From the IMG/VR virus record IMGVR_UViG_3300010383_000006: DNA of 64,000 bases. One strand, written 5' to 3'. Positions 28,469 through 37,275 of this stretch are shown in pieces. Below the pieces are notes generated by a model. It was not told the origin of the DNA, did no database searches, and saw nothing but the letters and a program-made list of their open reading frames with translations. The position numbers and the translations under genes were made by a program. Within the stretch, counting starts at the first letter, position 1. Every line of letters starts with the position of its first letter. Source of the stretch: an uncultured virus (IMG/VR IMGVR_UViG_3300010383_000006) (lineage: Duplodnaviria; Heunggongvirae; Uroviricota; Caudoviricetes).

Positions 28469-28726
28469 TCACTGCGTCGCAGTCCCATGTGAGGCCCTCC
28501 CTCTCCTGCGCGGCAGGATGTTGGCGCGGACGCACCGCGCAATTCGTTCGAGCGACAGGTCAAGCGAATCGGCCAGACGCACAATGGTGGAAAGGCCAGG
28601 ATCCCGGGTGCGCCCGGTCTCGATCTGGGAGATCACGGCATTGGAGATGCCCGATTTCAATTCGAGATCGCGCAAGGTCATCCCTTTGCACTCGCGCGCC
28701 ACAGCGAACAGTTCACCCAGCGTCAT
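28469..28726 (-). CDS. XRE-family HTH regulator
   Basis: GMTLRDLELKSGISNAVISQIETG...PGLSTIVRLA. Confidence 0.85.
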   Translation of the reverse strand: MTLGELFAVARECKGMTLRDLELKSGISNAVISQIETGRTRDPGLSTIVRLADSLDLSLERIARCVRANILPRRRGRASHGTATQ

Positions 28727-28953
28727 TTCTTGGTGCTCCGCTCGCGCTCGGCCTTGCGGCGTTTCCGCATGTAGTCGCGCTGATAGGCCACCTTGTCGAA
28801 CGTGCCCTTGGGCGCACGCTTGCGTTTAGGGGGAGATTCTGACGGGGCGGGCTTGAGATAGGGGCGCAACGCCTCAGTAATCGCGTTGATCGGGAGACCT
28901 ACAGCCTTTGCTCCACACAAGAAGGCCCAAATATCGTCGCCCTCAACTTTCAT
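28723..28953 (-). CDS. hypothetical protein
   Basis: FDKVAYQRDYMRKRR basic tail. Confidence 0.5.
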   Translation of the reverse strand: MKVEGDDIWAFLCGAKAVGLPINAITEALRPYLKPAPSESPPKRKRAPKGTFDKVAYQRDYMRKRRKAERERSTKK

Positions 28954-29293
28954 GCTTTAGCGACCTCCGGCGATACCATGTCCGGCGCGACATGCCTTCT
29001 TTTTCCCATGGCTTGGTCGCCTCAATTGTTTTTTGAGAATCGCGGGCTAGGGGGCGCCCGCGGCGGGGGGGTGCCGTCTCTCCGGCTGTCACGTCCATTA
29101 TCTCAGACGTTGCAGGCCGGGCCGCGCCAGCCTCGCCTACTCGCAACCCTGTGCCGGCGGTAGATCCTCTTACGCTGGCTGCGCCAGCAGCCATACCGGC
29201 TTTGCCTTCGGTTGCTTTCGCTCGGGATTGAGCTTGAGGGCACGGGCCCAGCCGATGCCTCTCACCGCAAATTCTGCATTTAGGCTTTTCCAT
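28943..29293 (-). CDS. putative small DNA-binding protein
   Basis: CRICGERH N-terminus, KPWEKEGMSRRTWYRR HTH-like C-terminus. Confidence 0.55.
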   Translation of the reverse strand: MEKPKCRICGERHRLGPCPQAQSRAKATEGKAGMAAGAASVRGSTAGTGLRVGEAGAARPATSEIMDVTAGETAPPRRGRPLARDSQKTIEATKPWEKEGMSRRTWYRRRSLKHES

Positions 29294-29352
29294 TGGCACT
29301 GTTTGGCACTGTTTGACACAGCGCGCAACACAAAAGTGCCAAATGGTGCCAG
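29293..29352. repeat. TGGCAC operator-like repeat array
   Basis: TTGGCACTGT x2 plus TTGACAC, then inverted GTGCCA x2 at 10-bp spacing. Confidence 0.6.
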
Positions 29353-29354
29353 TT

Positions 29355-29888
29355 TCAGTGCGAGGTCACGCCCGCGCGCCGCAGATCGTCCTTGGTGTAG
29401 CCGAGTTCGCTGGCCATCCGGTTCAACTTGGTGTCCAACTCGGCGTCGGTGAGTCGCGCGAAGTCGCCCGGGTCACCAACCTCGTGGCGCTGGATCAGCA
29501 TGCCCTTGATCTGCGCCGCCAGATGCAGGCACCGCGCCGCCGTCTGGCCGTCGGGATTGCCGGAAAACTGCCCGGTCTGCACCCCGTTCTTGTCCAGCAC
29601 CGGCTTGCCGCGCAGCGAGCGCTCGATCAGCCACATCAGCCGCTCGGTGATCCATTGCTCGGTCAAACCGGCCTTTTTGATGCCGATTTCACGGGCTTCG
29701 GCCTGTGCCGACACCTTCTCGGCCACGATCTCCTGGATGCGAGCAACTATCTCTGGACGCCTAAAAAACTTGTCGGCCGATGACGGATTGTAGCTAAATC
29801 CGCCAGCCATATAGCTGTCTTTCTTGTTCTGCCCCGACGCAAGCGCCTGGCAGCACAGTTCATGTTTCGGGTTGAGAAGCGCGGGCAT
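29355..29888 (-). CDS. terS: terminase small subunit
   Basis: LLNPKHELCCQALASG..KDSYMAGG...RPEIVARIQEI; C-terminal LTDAELD. Confidence 0.75.
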   Translation of the reverse strand: MPALLNPKHELCCQALASGQNKKDSYMAGGFSYNPSSADKFFRRPEIVARIQEIVAEKVSAQAEAREIGIKKAGLTEQWITERLMWLIERSLRGKPVLDKNGVQTGQFSGNPDGQTAARCLHLAAQIKGMLIQRHEVGDPGDFARLTDAELDTKLNRMASELGYTKDDLRRAGVTSH

Positions 29889-30350
29889 GGGTCCGAATTG
29901 GCCCCAAATTGATCCGGTTCGTCAAGGTCTCCCGGAACCCGAGCGCCCTGGCATTCCCTCCCTGACCCACTGGCGATAGGCGCGTTTGCCGTGGGTGAGG
30001 ATGAATTTGGAGTGGGATAGGGGGAGAGATTGAGGGAGTGGGGGAGAATTCGGCGCGGCGCGTGATTTCGGTGCGATTGATCGGGTTTGGCACCAGCTAT
30101 CCAGCCACGCTGTGTCGGCGAGATCGGGATCAGTCATCCGAAGAACGCGGCGTGAAGGGATGGGTCTTTGATCATCAGGAGGGCGCAGGCGATGCGGCCC
30201 TTTTCGGTGATGACCCAGTGGTTATAGCGGGGATGGGAAAGGGCTTGGGTGGCTAGGCGCGCCAGTGATCGCCGCAAATCCATTCATCGAACCCTTTGCC
30301 TTCGGAGGTCCGATGGCAGAACGGCACGCAGCAGGTGAGGCGATAGGTCA

Positions 30351-30620
30351 TCAGTGCCCCTGCATCGGCACCACCACGTCGGTGGGCTGCGGCACGCGGA
30401 TGTACTGCTCGGCCACCACGTCGGGGAGTTGGTCGGCCAGAAACCGCGCGGTCAGCACAGCCGAGTCGTGGTCCTCATGGGTCTCAAGAAGCACGCCCAC
30501 GACGGCATTCATCAGGGCATCGAGTGCATCGTTTGGATCGACGCCGGAGAGGCAGCTATCGATCATCTTGCATACCGCGACGGCGGCGGGAGACAGTTCG
30601 GGGTCGGCAGTCAGGGTCAT
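30351..30620 (-). CDS. hypothetical protein
   Basis: start overlaps the ParB stop. Confidence 0.45.
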   Translation of the reverse strand: MTLTADPELSPAAVAVCKMIDSCLSGVDPNDALDALMNAVVGVLLETHEDHDSAVLTARFLADQLPDVVAEQYIRVPQPTDVVVPMQGH

Positions 30621-31159
30621 AGATTGTGCTCGATCTTCGCCTTGTTGAGCGCGGCAATCACGGCCCGCTTGGCCTTGGCCGCATCGGCGTTTTTTACCGA
30701 CAAAAAGATGGTGGTTTTGGACCGCTGGCGTGGCGGGGCCGCGGCTTCCCCCACATCCTCGAGCGGCGGCAGTTCGATGGCGTCGAGGCCGTAGGGCGCG
30801 AGGTCGAAATCCATCTCGCCCAGCTTTTCGAGTTCGCCTTGCAGCGCCTCGGGGATCCACTCGCCGCGCAGCGGCACCGAATTGTCGGCGATGCGCAGCG
30901 CCACCACCTGCGCCTCGGTGAGGCTCTTGAGTTTGATCACCGGAACTTTGTCCATGCGCTCCTGCTGGGCGGCCTCAAGGCGGCCGTGCCCGGCAATGAT
31001 CTCATCGTCCTTGTCGACCAGGATGGGCTGGACAAACCCCATGTCGCGGATCAGCGCGCGCAGTTCGGTGATCTGCTCCGGCGGATGGCGCTTGGGGTTG
31101 TTGGGGTATTTCTTGAGCCGCGACAGCGGCCAGTATTCGACCTTGATCTGGGCCATCAT
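30617..31159 (-). CDS. ParB/Srx N-terminal domain protein
   Basis: YPNNPKRH...GFVQPILVD...IIAGHGRLEAA...LRIADN. Confidence 0.85.
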   Translation of the reverse strand: MMAQIKVEYWPLSRLKKYPNNPKRHPPEQITELRALIRDMGFVQPILVDKDDEIIAGHGRLEAAQQERMDKVPVIKLKSLTEAQVVALRIADNSVPLRGEWIPEALQGELEKLGEMDFDLAPYGLDAIELPPLEDVGEAAAPPRQRSKTTIFLSVKNADAAKAKRAVIAALNKAKIEHNL

Positions 31160-31416
31160 CCCCTCCGGTTTTTCTGCGGACGGCCGGCGCGGCGCATGCG
31201 CTCGATCATGCCGATGACATACTCGCCGCTCATCGGAGCCCCGAACTGGCCGCGGCCAAAAAACTGATCGGCCTCAATGGTTTCGCTGCGCACCAGCATG
31301 CCGCCGTTAGGGCCGCGCCATTTGACGCTGATCTTGACTTCGGCCGGCCAATCCTGGTCGGGGTCGTGGGTGGTCGCGCGGTCCAGATCGGACGGCGGGA
31401 TATGGGGATTCGGCAT
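31156..31416 (-). CDS. hypothetical protein
   Basis: AGGAG RBS, ATG at 31416. Confidence 0.55.
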   Translation of the reverse strand: MPNPHIPPSDLDRATTHDPDQDWPAEVKISVKWRGPNGGMLVRSETIEADQFFGRGQFGAPMSGEYVIGMIERMRRAGRPQKNRRG

Positions 31417-31622
31417 CGGATTCTCCTGCGTCTGTATGGCACGAATCGTGGGGATTTTCAGCACGGCGTCGTGTCGAGATAGGCAAATTCAATGCGGGTG
31501 ACCACGGCCGAAGATGCCCTTGCGGTGCCACGCGCGTCAAAGGCCGCAAGGCTCTTGCATCCGCAGTATTCGGCGGCTTCTTCTTTCGTCAGGCATCGTT
31601 TCGGCTGGGATGTCGCCCCCCC

Positions 31623-32360
31623 TCATGCTTCGCCCCCGCTCGGAGTGGGGGTGGGGAACTGCCGGACTAGCAAGTCGGCAGGAATCGGCTTTTTGCCGGT
31701 CATTTGCTTCATGAAGAATGCGCGGTTGAACCGCGCCGCTTGGTCGCGAAGATCGCGTGCCCACTGTGGGTCCATCTCGCGAGGGGAGCGCCCGCTTTCA
31801 CCGCCGCAGATGATCCAGTCCGGCGCGTTGCAATCGATGATGACCGGCCCAAGCATCGGCTCAATGCTGGCGAACGTGAACACGGGCTGAAACTCGCGCT
31901 TCACATCGAGCAATTTCATGCGGTCGCGGTCATATTCCTCCTGGTTCGCGAGTGTCGCGCCGACCGCAACGTTTCGCGGCATAACGTCCACCATCTTGCG
32001 GACGTTGCCGATGCGCTTGGTGAGCAGCAGCCAGATCAGATTCGGAGTTTTCCGGATCACCGCGAATAGGTCAGCCCGCCATTGCGGGACAACCTCATTG
32101 TCGAACACATCGGCCAGCGACGCGCAGAACACGTAGGGTCGCTGGCCGGTAGCTTGGGCCTTGCGGTCCCAAGTGATCGGGTTGCGCCATGTCGCGTCGG
32201 ATGTACGGTGGCGTGGTTGTCCGGTACCCCATTTAGCCCAGCCGTAGCGGCGGGACAGATCGCGCGCATAGCATCGCTCGCAAGCTGGCGACACGTCTGT
32301 ACAGCCGACCCACGGATTGAAAGTGTGCGTGCACCATTCGATCTTGCTGTTCTCCGCCAC
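31623..32360 (-). CDS. DUF5131 / Gp37Gp68 family (radical-SAM-like)
   Basis: SKIEWC..TFNPWVGCTDVSPACERCYA, SLADVF, LLLTKR, DWIICGGESG, FFMKQ. Confidence 0.9.
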   Translation of the reverse strand: MAENSKIEWCTHTFNPWVGCTDVSPACERCYARDLSRRYGWAKWGTGQPRHRTSDATWRNPITWDRKAQATGQRPYVFCASLADVFDNEVVPQWRADLFAVIRKTPNLIWLLLTKRIGNVRKMVDVMPRNVAVGATLANQEEYDRDRMKLLDVKREFQPVFTFASIEPMLGPVIIDCNAPDWIICGGESGRSPREMDPQWARDLRDQAARFNRAFFMKQMTGKKPIPADLLVRQFPTPTPSGGEA

Positions 32361-32363
32361 GGC

Positions 32364-32615
32364 TCACCCCTCAGTAGATGGGGTGGGGCGACGGAGAAAA
32401 CCAATTGGCTTCCTCGCGCTATCGCTTACGCTGAAACCGTCGCGCACTTCTAGCAACGGCTCAACCGATGTTGGAATCTCTACGATATAGTGAGGGCGCG
32501 AATATCCGGGCAACGATACGATAGCCGCGATCCTCCCCTTGGACATTTTGCCCTTGTGGTTGAATCCGGCGAAGCACCAGCAATCATTATCAATGTCGAG
32601 GTCTATCCACTCCAT
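32364..32615 (-). CDS. hypothetical protein
   Basis: MEWIDLD...; coupled to the upstream gene. Confidence 0.45.
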   Translation of the reverse strand: MEWIDLDIDNDCWCFAGFNHKGKMSKGRIAAIVSLPGYSRPHYIVEIPTSVEPLLEVRDGFSVSDSARKPIGFLRRPTPSTEG

Positions 32616-33052
32616 CACTCGTTCTTTCCGTCTGGTGTCGCGGGAGGGGTGGCGGAGAGCATGGCGCGGAATTTCGAGCGCCACCAATAGCGCGGCGTAT
32701 ATTTGCGCGGCGTCTTGACGACTTCATCCTCGCATTCACCGAACCACTTGCCGTCAGCGTCGGGGCCTTCACCGTTCAGCCAATTCAATGCTGTTTGCGT
32801 CACCAACGCCATACCGTCTGCCGCTAGGGCGGCTGTAAGGCAGGCTTGGGCGAGTTCGGCGTAGATCCTGGCGAGCGGAGCGTGCTGCAATTCTGCGCGC
32901 TTGGCTTCCATCGCCCGCGCCCCGGCTTCAATTGCTTGGGGGGAGATGGTGGAGGCAATACGGTTATTCCGCAACCGGCACCCGACGCGAAGGCACATCG
33001 GGTCCTCGCATCGTTTCTCGTCCTGCTCATAACAGGTCATCGCATCGCTCAT
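32615..33052 (-). CDS. hypothetical protein
   Basis: AIEAGARA and WLNGEG..YWWRS accessory modules. Confidence 0.55.
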   Translation of the reverse strand: MSDAMTCYEQDEKRCEDPMCLRVGCRLRNNRIASTISPQAIEAGARAMEAKRAELQHAPLARIYAELAQACLTAALAADGMALVTQTALNWLNGEGPDADGKWFGECEDEVVKTPRKYTPRYWWRSKFRAMLSATPPATPDGKNE

Positions 33053-33450
33053 CCCTGCTGCTCCTTAAGTTGCCTGATTCCGGCGGCGATCTTCACGGCG
33101 TGGTAGTGGTGAATGCTTCTGTCCGCGAACCCGTCCGCGATTGCCGCCGCCCGCTCGAAAGCCTCGTTGCGCTCTGCGAGAAGGCGGGTACGATAGTTGG
33201 TCGCCAAGTCATAATGGTAGCGAGCCGTCGTTTTCGGAGATCGAACATCGCGCGAGTGGCAAACGTCCTCGATGATCCGCTGCAAATCGACCGAATAATC
33301 GATATGCGCCATGCGCTCCGCCTCCAGTTCCTTCACCCTTGCTTCAAGGCGCTCGATTGCGGTGGCGGCTGACTTCTCTTTCTCTGCGCATCCGCAATTG
33401 TGCGGATGGCCGTAACAGCCGATAGGGTGCTTAGGGCAAGGGCACGTCAT
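33049..33450 (-). CDS. hypothetical protein
   Basis: RNEAFERAAAIA...IAAGIRQLK accessory module. Confidence 0.55.
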   Translation of the reverse strand: MTCPCPKHPIGCYGHPHNCGCAEKEKSAATAIERLEARVKELEAERMAHIDYSVDLQRIIEDVCHSRDVRSPKTTARYHYDLATNYRTRLLAERNEAFERAAAIADGFADRSIHHYHAVKIAAGIRQLKEQQG

Positions 33451-33603
33451 GACTCACGACCCTCCTGCTCAAGGGCGCGGCGGCCGGCGAGCCACTCGCG
33501 CATTTTATTTCGGTCAGGCACGAACCTGACGTTGATCGTTTTCGCCATTATCTCAAGATCGGCAATCAACTCGCGCAATTCGCGCCGCCCCGCATCTGTC
33601 ACC

Positions 33604-34182
33604 TTAGCCACGGTCGCCTCCGTCGAGTCGGCAAGCCTCAGTGCCATTCGATTGATTGCCCCACACGGACCAGCCCTCGCGGGGGGCACGAGCGTACATT
33701 TCCAACTTTGGACCTGGTGACAGCCGATCGACCAACGTGAAGAATTCTGCTGGCTTCTCTGAATGGACGCCGCGAGGCCAATCAAAACAGGTTCCGTTGG
33801 TCGCTTGCTGGTATCTGCCGCCACCGCCGAATGGATTGCCGTGGCGTGACCCCTTGCGGGCCACCACGACGTGCTCGGTGTTGCAGCGGAATCGACCGGC
33901 CCCCAGCCCCGGCTTGCGCCAAGTCAGTGTGATAATCGGATTAGCACCCCAAGCACGGGCGAGTTCATAACCCCAATCGATATGCTGGCTCAGGCACCAG
34001 ACATAAAGATGTGATTGGTTCGCCATCGCAGGCTTTATTGCAATGATGTCAGCGACAGACATGGTGTTATAGCGCAGTTGAGGGCTGGCCTTCGGAGCGC
34101 CTCCGTTCGTTATTGCCATGTCCGGCTGCCAAGGCGGATCAACGACAACGGTGCGCCACTCTTGGGAGGTGAGGAGGCTCAT
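33604..34182 (-). CDS. MT-A70-family adenine methyltransferase
   Basis: VVVDPPW, HLYVW, TWRK, TEHV, HSEKP, KLEMYAR..R.GWSVWGNQ. Confidence 0.9.
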   Translation of the reverse strand: MSLLTSQEWRTVVVDPPWQPDMAITNGGAPKASPQLRYNTMSVADIIAIKPAMANQSHLYVWCLSQHIDWGYELARAWGANPIITLTWRKPGLGAGRFRCNTEHVVVARKGSRHGNPFGGGGRYQQATNGTCFDWPRGVHSEKPAEFFTLVDRLSPGPKLEMYARAPREGWSVWGNQSNGTEACRLDGGDRG

Positions 34183-34200
34183 CGGTCGCCTCCGTCGAGT
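33611..34200. repeat. 18-bp direct repeats flanking the MT-A70 gene
   Basis: CGGTCGCCTCCGTCGAGT at 33611-33628 and 34183-34200. Confidence 0.85.
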
Positions 34201-36062
34201 GCGGCTTCGGCGCAGCTTGGGAATTCACACCAGCGATCAACCCATGAGAAATAGAAAGCCTCTCCCATGCCAGCGTTTGTCTTGGCATCGTAGAAGTTGT
34301 CATGTTCGCGGTTGAAGTAGATACCGGCGGGGATTGCCTCCCGCGCAATCTCCTCCCGCCGCTGGTCGGTGGAGGGGGCGTGATCGTGTTCGGTTGGCTG
34401 GATGTCAGCCAGCTTGTAGCGCCACCGTGCGCCATGCTTCGGCCAACGGCCGAACGTGACTACGTCCGTGCCGTTAACCTCGCCCCACCACAACCATTCG
34501 GGTGGTTCACGCTCTGTGGTGGCTTCTGACGGGCCGGAGCCGCGCACCGTAACGGGCGTGTATTCGCTATGACCGGAAATTTGAGCGCCGCCGTCAGAAC
34601 TCTTATCCGCGCCCGCCGAGGCGAGGGCGGCGTCAACCAGATCGAGCCGTTCCTTTATTGATTTGACGATCATTGGCCCAGACGAGGCGTCCGCGATGAC
34701 CCGGCCGATCAGATATTCCAAGTCCGCCTGCAACGAGTGGAGAGGAATACGAACGCTCTCTGGAAGCTCGGTCACAAGGGCAATTAATCCATTGCCGGAT
34801 TCTGTCGTGGTAGGATTTGGCTGTGACGTTACAGCAGACGTCAGACAGGCATTTATATTCTCGCATCGCTGGTCTCCATCCCGCACCCCGGCTGCCACAG
34901 GTGTGTCGATCAGAGCGGACCTGATCCGCTGTTCGTAGTCGGCTTGCGCTGCGGCTTTGGCGGCTTCCTCATCGCCGTCGTTATCGTTGTAGACGACTTC
35001 CTCACCGAGGGTGACGACCCATCCGGACGAATAGCATTTGGCCGCCGCCTGATATAGCAGGCCAAGACCGCGACCACAGTGGATGCTCATGTAGTGCTTG
35101 GTGTCGACAGTCCACTCCAGCGGCTTCACCGCCACCGGCGTTTCTACTGGCGCTGAGAGAGCGGCAGGGACGTAGACCAGAACGGGCGTTTCGGGCTTAA
35201 ATGAGCATGTCGGACACAGTGACTTCATCACGCCGTGTCCGCAGAACTCTGTACCTCCAATCCGCGCGTTCACAGCATCGCCGCCGGTTGGACCCGATTG
35301 TATCGATCCGGCGGTTGAGGGGGTGGCTTCTGACGGGCCGGGCTTGATACCGGCTAGACCAGTTTTGGTAGAGACTTCCGCCTCAGTCCGTCGCGCGGTG
35401 GCCACCATGTGTTCCTCACCTCCCGTCTCCGGGTAGCGTGTCGTGGTCGCACTGGTCGTTCGCGGGATAGCGTGTCCTTCCACGCCGCCGTCAGAACTCT
35501 GAATATCGTTTGCGCCACCATCGGCAGGGAGCGCGGCGATGGCGGCGGCGAGCATCAGTTTCGCCATTTCTGCGTATGTCGCGCGGCAGACGCTATGCTC
35601 GATTTCGCTGCGCCGACGCTGTTTCATGGCCTCGGCCGCAGCTTGCACCATTGCATCGGAGACGACGGAAGGAAACTCCCGCAGCCCCGCCTCGTATAAG
35701 GATGGCTGAGAGGCGAGACGAGTGTTTAGCCCGACCTTTTCGGATGTAGCGTTGAATTTTGCTGGCACCGCCTCGTTGAGAAGGTCGATCCCCGCGTCCA
35801 TTGCGATGAGGTCGGCGCAAATCACCACGTCGGCCAGCTCTTCGGCCAACTGCTCTTTTGTCGCCCGCGATCCACGGATACCTAGGCGTTCGCGCTCAAG
35901 TTTCTTGATGACGTTGCAGGCTTCGCCAACTTCGCCAGCGAGTTCATTGCCGCGATATGCGAGCGTGATCTGGTTGTCCTGGTCCCATTCGGCTTGGCGC
36001 GCCTTGTTGGCAGAGCGCAGGTCCGCCAGCGCGACAAGATCAGGCTTGGATGGGGTGGTCAT
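34179..36062 (-). CDS. MazG-like NTP pyrophosphohydrolase fused to mosaic accessory domains
   Basis: NELAGEVGEACNVIKKLER...LAEELADVVI...KFNATS. Confidence 0.8.
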   Translation of the reverse strand: MTTPSKPDLVALADLRSANKARQAEWDQDNQITLAYRGNELAGEVGEACNVIKKLERERLGIRGSRATKEQLAEELADVVICADLIAMDAGIDLLNEAVPAKFNATSEKVGLNTRLASQPSLYEAGLREFPSVVSDAMVQAAAEAMKQRRRSEIEHSVCRATYAEMAKLMLAAAIAALPADGGANDIQSSDGGVEGHAIPRTTSATTTRYPETGGEEHMVATARRTEAEVSTKTGLAGIKPGPSEATPSTAGSIQSGPTGGDAVNARIGGTEFCGHGVMKSLCPTCSFKPETPVLVYVPAALSAPVETPVAVKPLEWTVDTKHYMSIHCGRGLGLLYQAAAKCYSSGWVVTLGEEVVYNDNDGDEEAAKAAAQADYEQRIRSALIDTPVAAGVRDGDQRCENINACLTSAVTSQPNPTTTESGNGLIALVTELPESVRIPLHSLQADLEYLIGRVIADASSGPMIVKSIKERLDLVDAALASAGADKSSDGGAQISGHSEYTPVTVRGSGPSEATTEREPPEWLWWGEVNGTDVVTFGRWPKHGARWRYKLADIQPTEHDHAPSTDQRREEIAREAIPAGIYFNREHDNFYDAKTNAGMGEAFYFSWVDRWCEFPSCAEAALDGGDR

Positions 36063-36841
36063 GTCAGGCAATCTCCGATTGCTTCGTCGGCCGCGAGGAT
36101 GAATTGCGCGTGTTGCTGCGGCAGGATCGCGTTGCCGTAGCCTTTGGTCGCATGACGTTCCATGACGACGGAAAGCCCATCGCAAGGCAGTAGATCGCTG
36201 TAATCACCGTCCAAGGCGCGCCTTGCTCCAGCAAGCGGGTCGCCATCGACGGCGAATGACGTTTGCGTTGTGACAGAAAGGCGTTCGAGCGGCTGATATC
36301 CCTGCCGTCCCGCGCGACAGGAGTGGGCCACCCACGAAATCCGGTTGCGCTCATGTCTCGCGCCGAAAGCGAGAGCTGGCATAACTGCCGCCCCGCAGGC
36401 GTAGTCAAGGTCTTCCAGCGCCCCGAACGCTTCGTCGAGCCAACCCCACTTAATCGCGTTTCTAACCTGTTCGCCAAAAATGCTTGGAGGGCGGCACTCC
36501 GCAACGAGCGGGGTGAAAACTGGCAGTAAGTGGCGATCGTCGGCCTGACCTTTGGCGGCAGTTTCCGGATGGACCGACGCGACGGAGAATGGTTGGCATG
36601 GAAGGCTGGCAGTCCAAACAGGTCTGTCGTCAGGCCATCCTGCGAGCCGGAGTGCATATGACCAGCCGCCGATGCCGGCACACCAGTGACACTGCGTGTA
36701 GCCCCGCACGTCGTCTGGCCGGACATCGACGATGCTTCGCTCGTCAACGTCACCTGGCGCGATGTGTCCGGCTGCGATGAGGTTTCGGAGCCACTGCGCG
36801 GCGAACGGATCGATTTCATTGTAGTAGGCTCGACCATTCAC
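36059..36841 (-). CDS. C5 DNA cytosine methyltransferase, alpha chain
   Basis: CAGIGGW (I), SLPCQPFS (IV), GEQV (VI), HERNR (VIII), GYGNAI (X); no motif IX. Confidence 0.85.
   Translation of the reverse strand: MNGRAYYNEIDPFAAQWLRNLIAAGHIAPGDVDERSIVDVRPDDVRGYTQCHWCAGIGGWSYALRLAGWPDDRPVWTASLPCQPFSVASVHPETAAKGQADDRHLLPVFTPLVAECRPPSIFGEQVRNAIKWGWLDEAFGALEDLDYACGAAVMPALAFGARHERNRISWVAHSCRAGRQGYQPLERLSVTTQTSFAVDGDPLAGARRALDGDYSDLLPCDGLSVVMERHATKGYGNAILPQQHAQFILAADEAIGDCLT
36064..36837 (-). CDS. nested alternative-frame C5 MTase beta chain (TRD + motif IX); true start uncertain
   Basis: GWPTPVARD and CLAMGFPSSW; stop-free across the whole alpha gene. Confidence 0.65.
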   Translation of the reverse strand: MVEPTTMKSIRSPRSGSETSSQPDTSRQVTLTSEASSMSGQTTCGATRSVTGVPASAAGHMHSGSQDGLTTDLFGLPAFHANHSPSRRSIRKLPPKVRPTIATYCQFSPRSLRSAALQAFLANRLETRLSGVGSTKRSGRWKTLTTPAGRQLCQLSLSARDMSATGFRGWPTPVARDGRDISRSNAFLSQRKRHSPSMATRLLEQGAPWTVITAIYCLAMGFPSSWNVMRPKATATRSCRSNTRNSSSRPTKQSEIA

Positions 36842-37275
36842 CCTAGCCCCCTCTGTGCTGCGAGGGAACGGATAGCGGCTGCGGTGAGGCCAGTTGCCGG
36901 TGTTGATGCTCGGCTGGTGTGGAGAACCGGGTCGCCGTCAACATCGACCCATGCTGCACCCGTGCTTGCTACATCCCATACGGCTGGCTTGGGAGCCAGC
37001 GACGCCGCTGAATCGACCGAGCCAGTATAAGCAGGAAGATGATAGCCTGCGTTGTACGGACACCGACCGTCAGCCGTGCGCTTCTCGACTACCACGCAGC
37101 CGTTGCGCCAAATGTCCCAAGCGTAGCCTTCCTTGCCCAAGCCGCGCGGATGCCGTTTCACAATGTCGGCAATGTCACTGGCAGGCCAGACCGCAAGATG
37201 GATTTCCAAATCCACCTCCCGATCCGGGCCCGCCAGCGCCTCAACCCTCTCTGCAAGTCGAATGAGATCGGTCAT
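36838..37275 (-). CDS. hypothetical phage protein
   Basis: LAERVEALAGPDREVD...PAYTGSVDSAASL...TPATGLTAA. Confidence 0.65.
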   Translation of the reverse strand: MTDLIRLAERVEALAGPDREVDLEIHLAVWPASDIADIVKRHPRGLGKEGYAWDIWRNGCVVVEKRTADGRCPYNAGYHLPAYTGSVDSAASLAPKPAVWDVASTGAAWVDVDGDPVLHTSRASTPATGLTAAAIRSLAAQRGLG

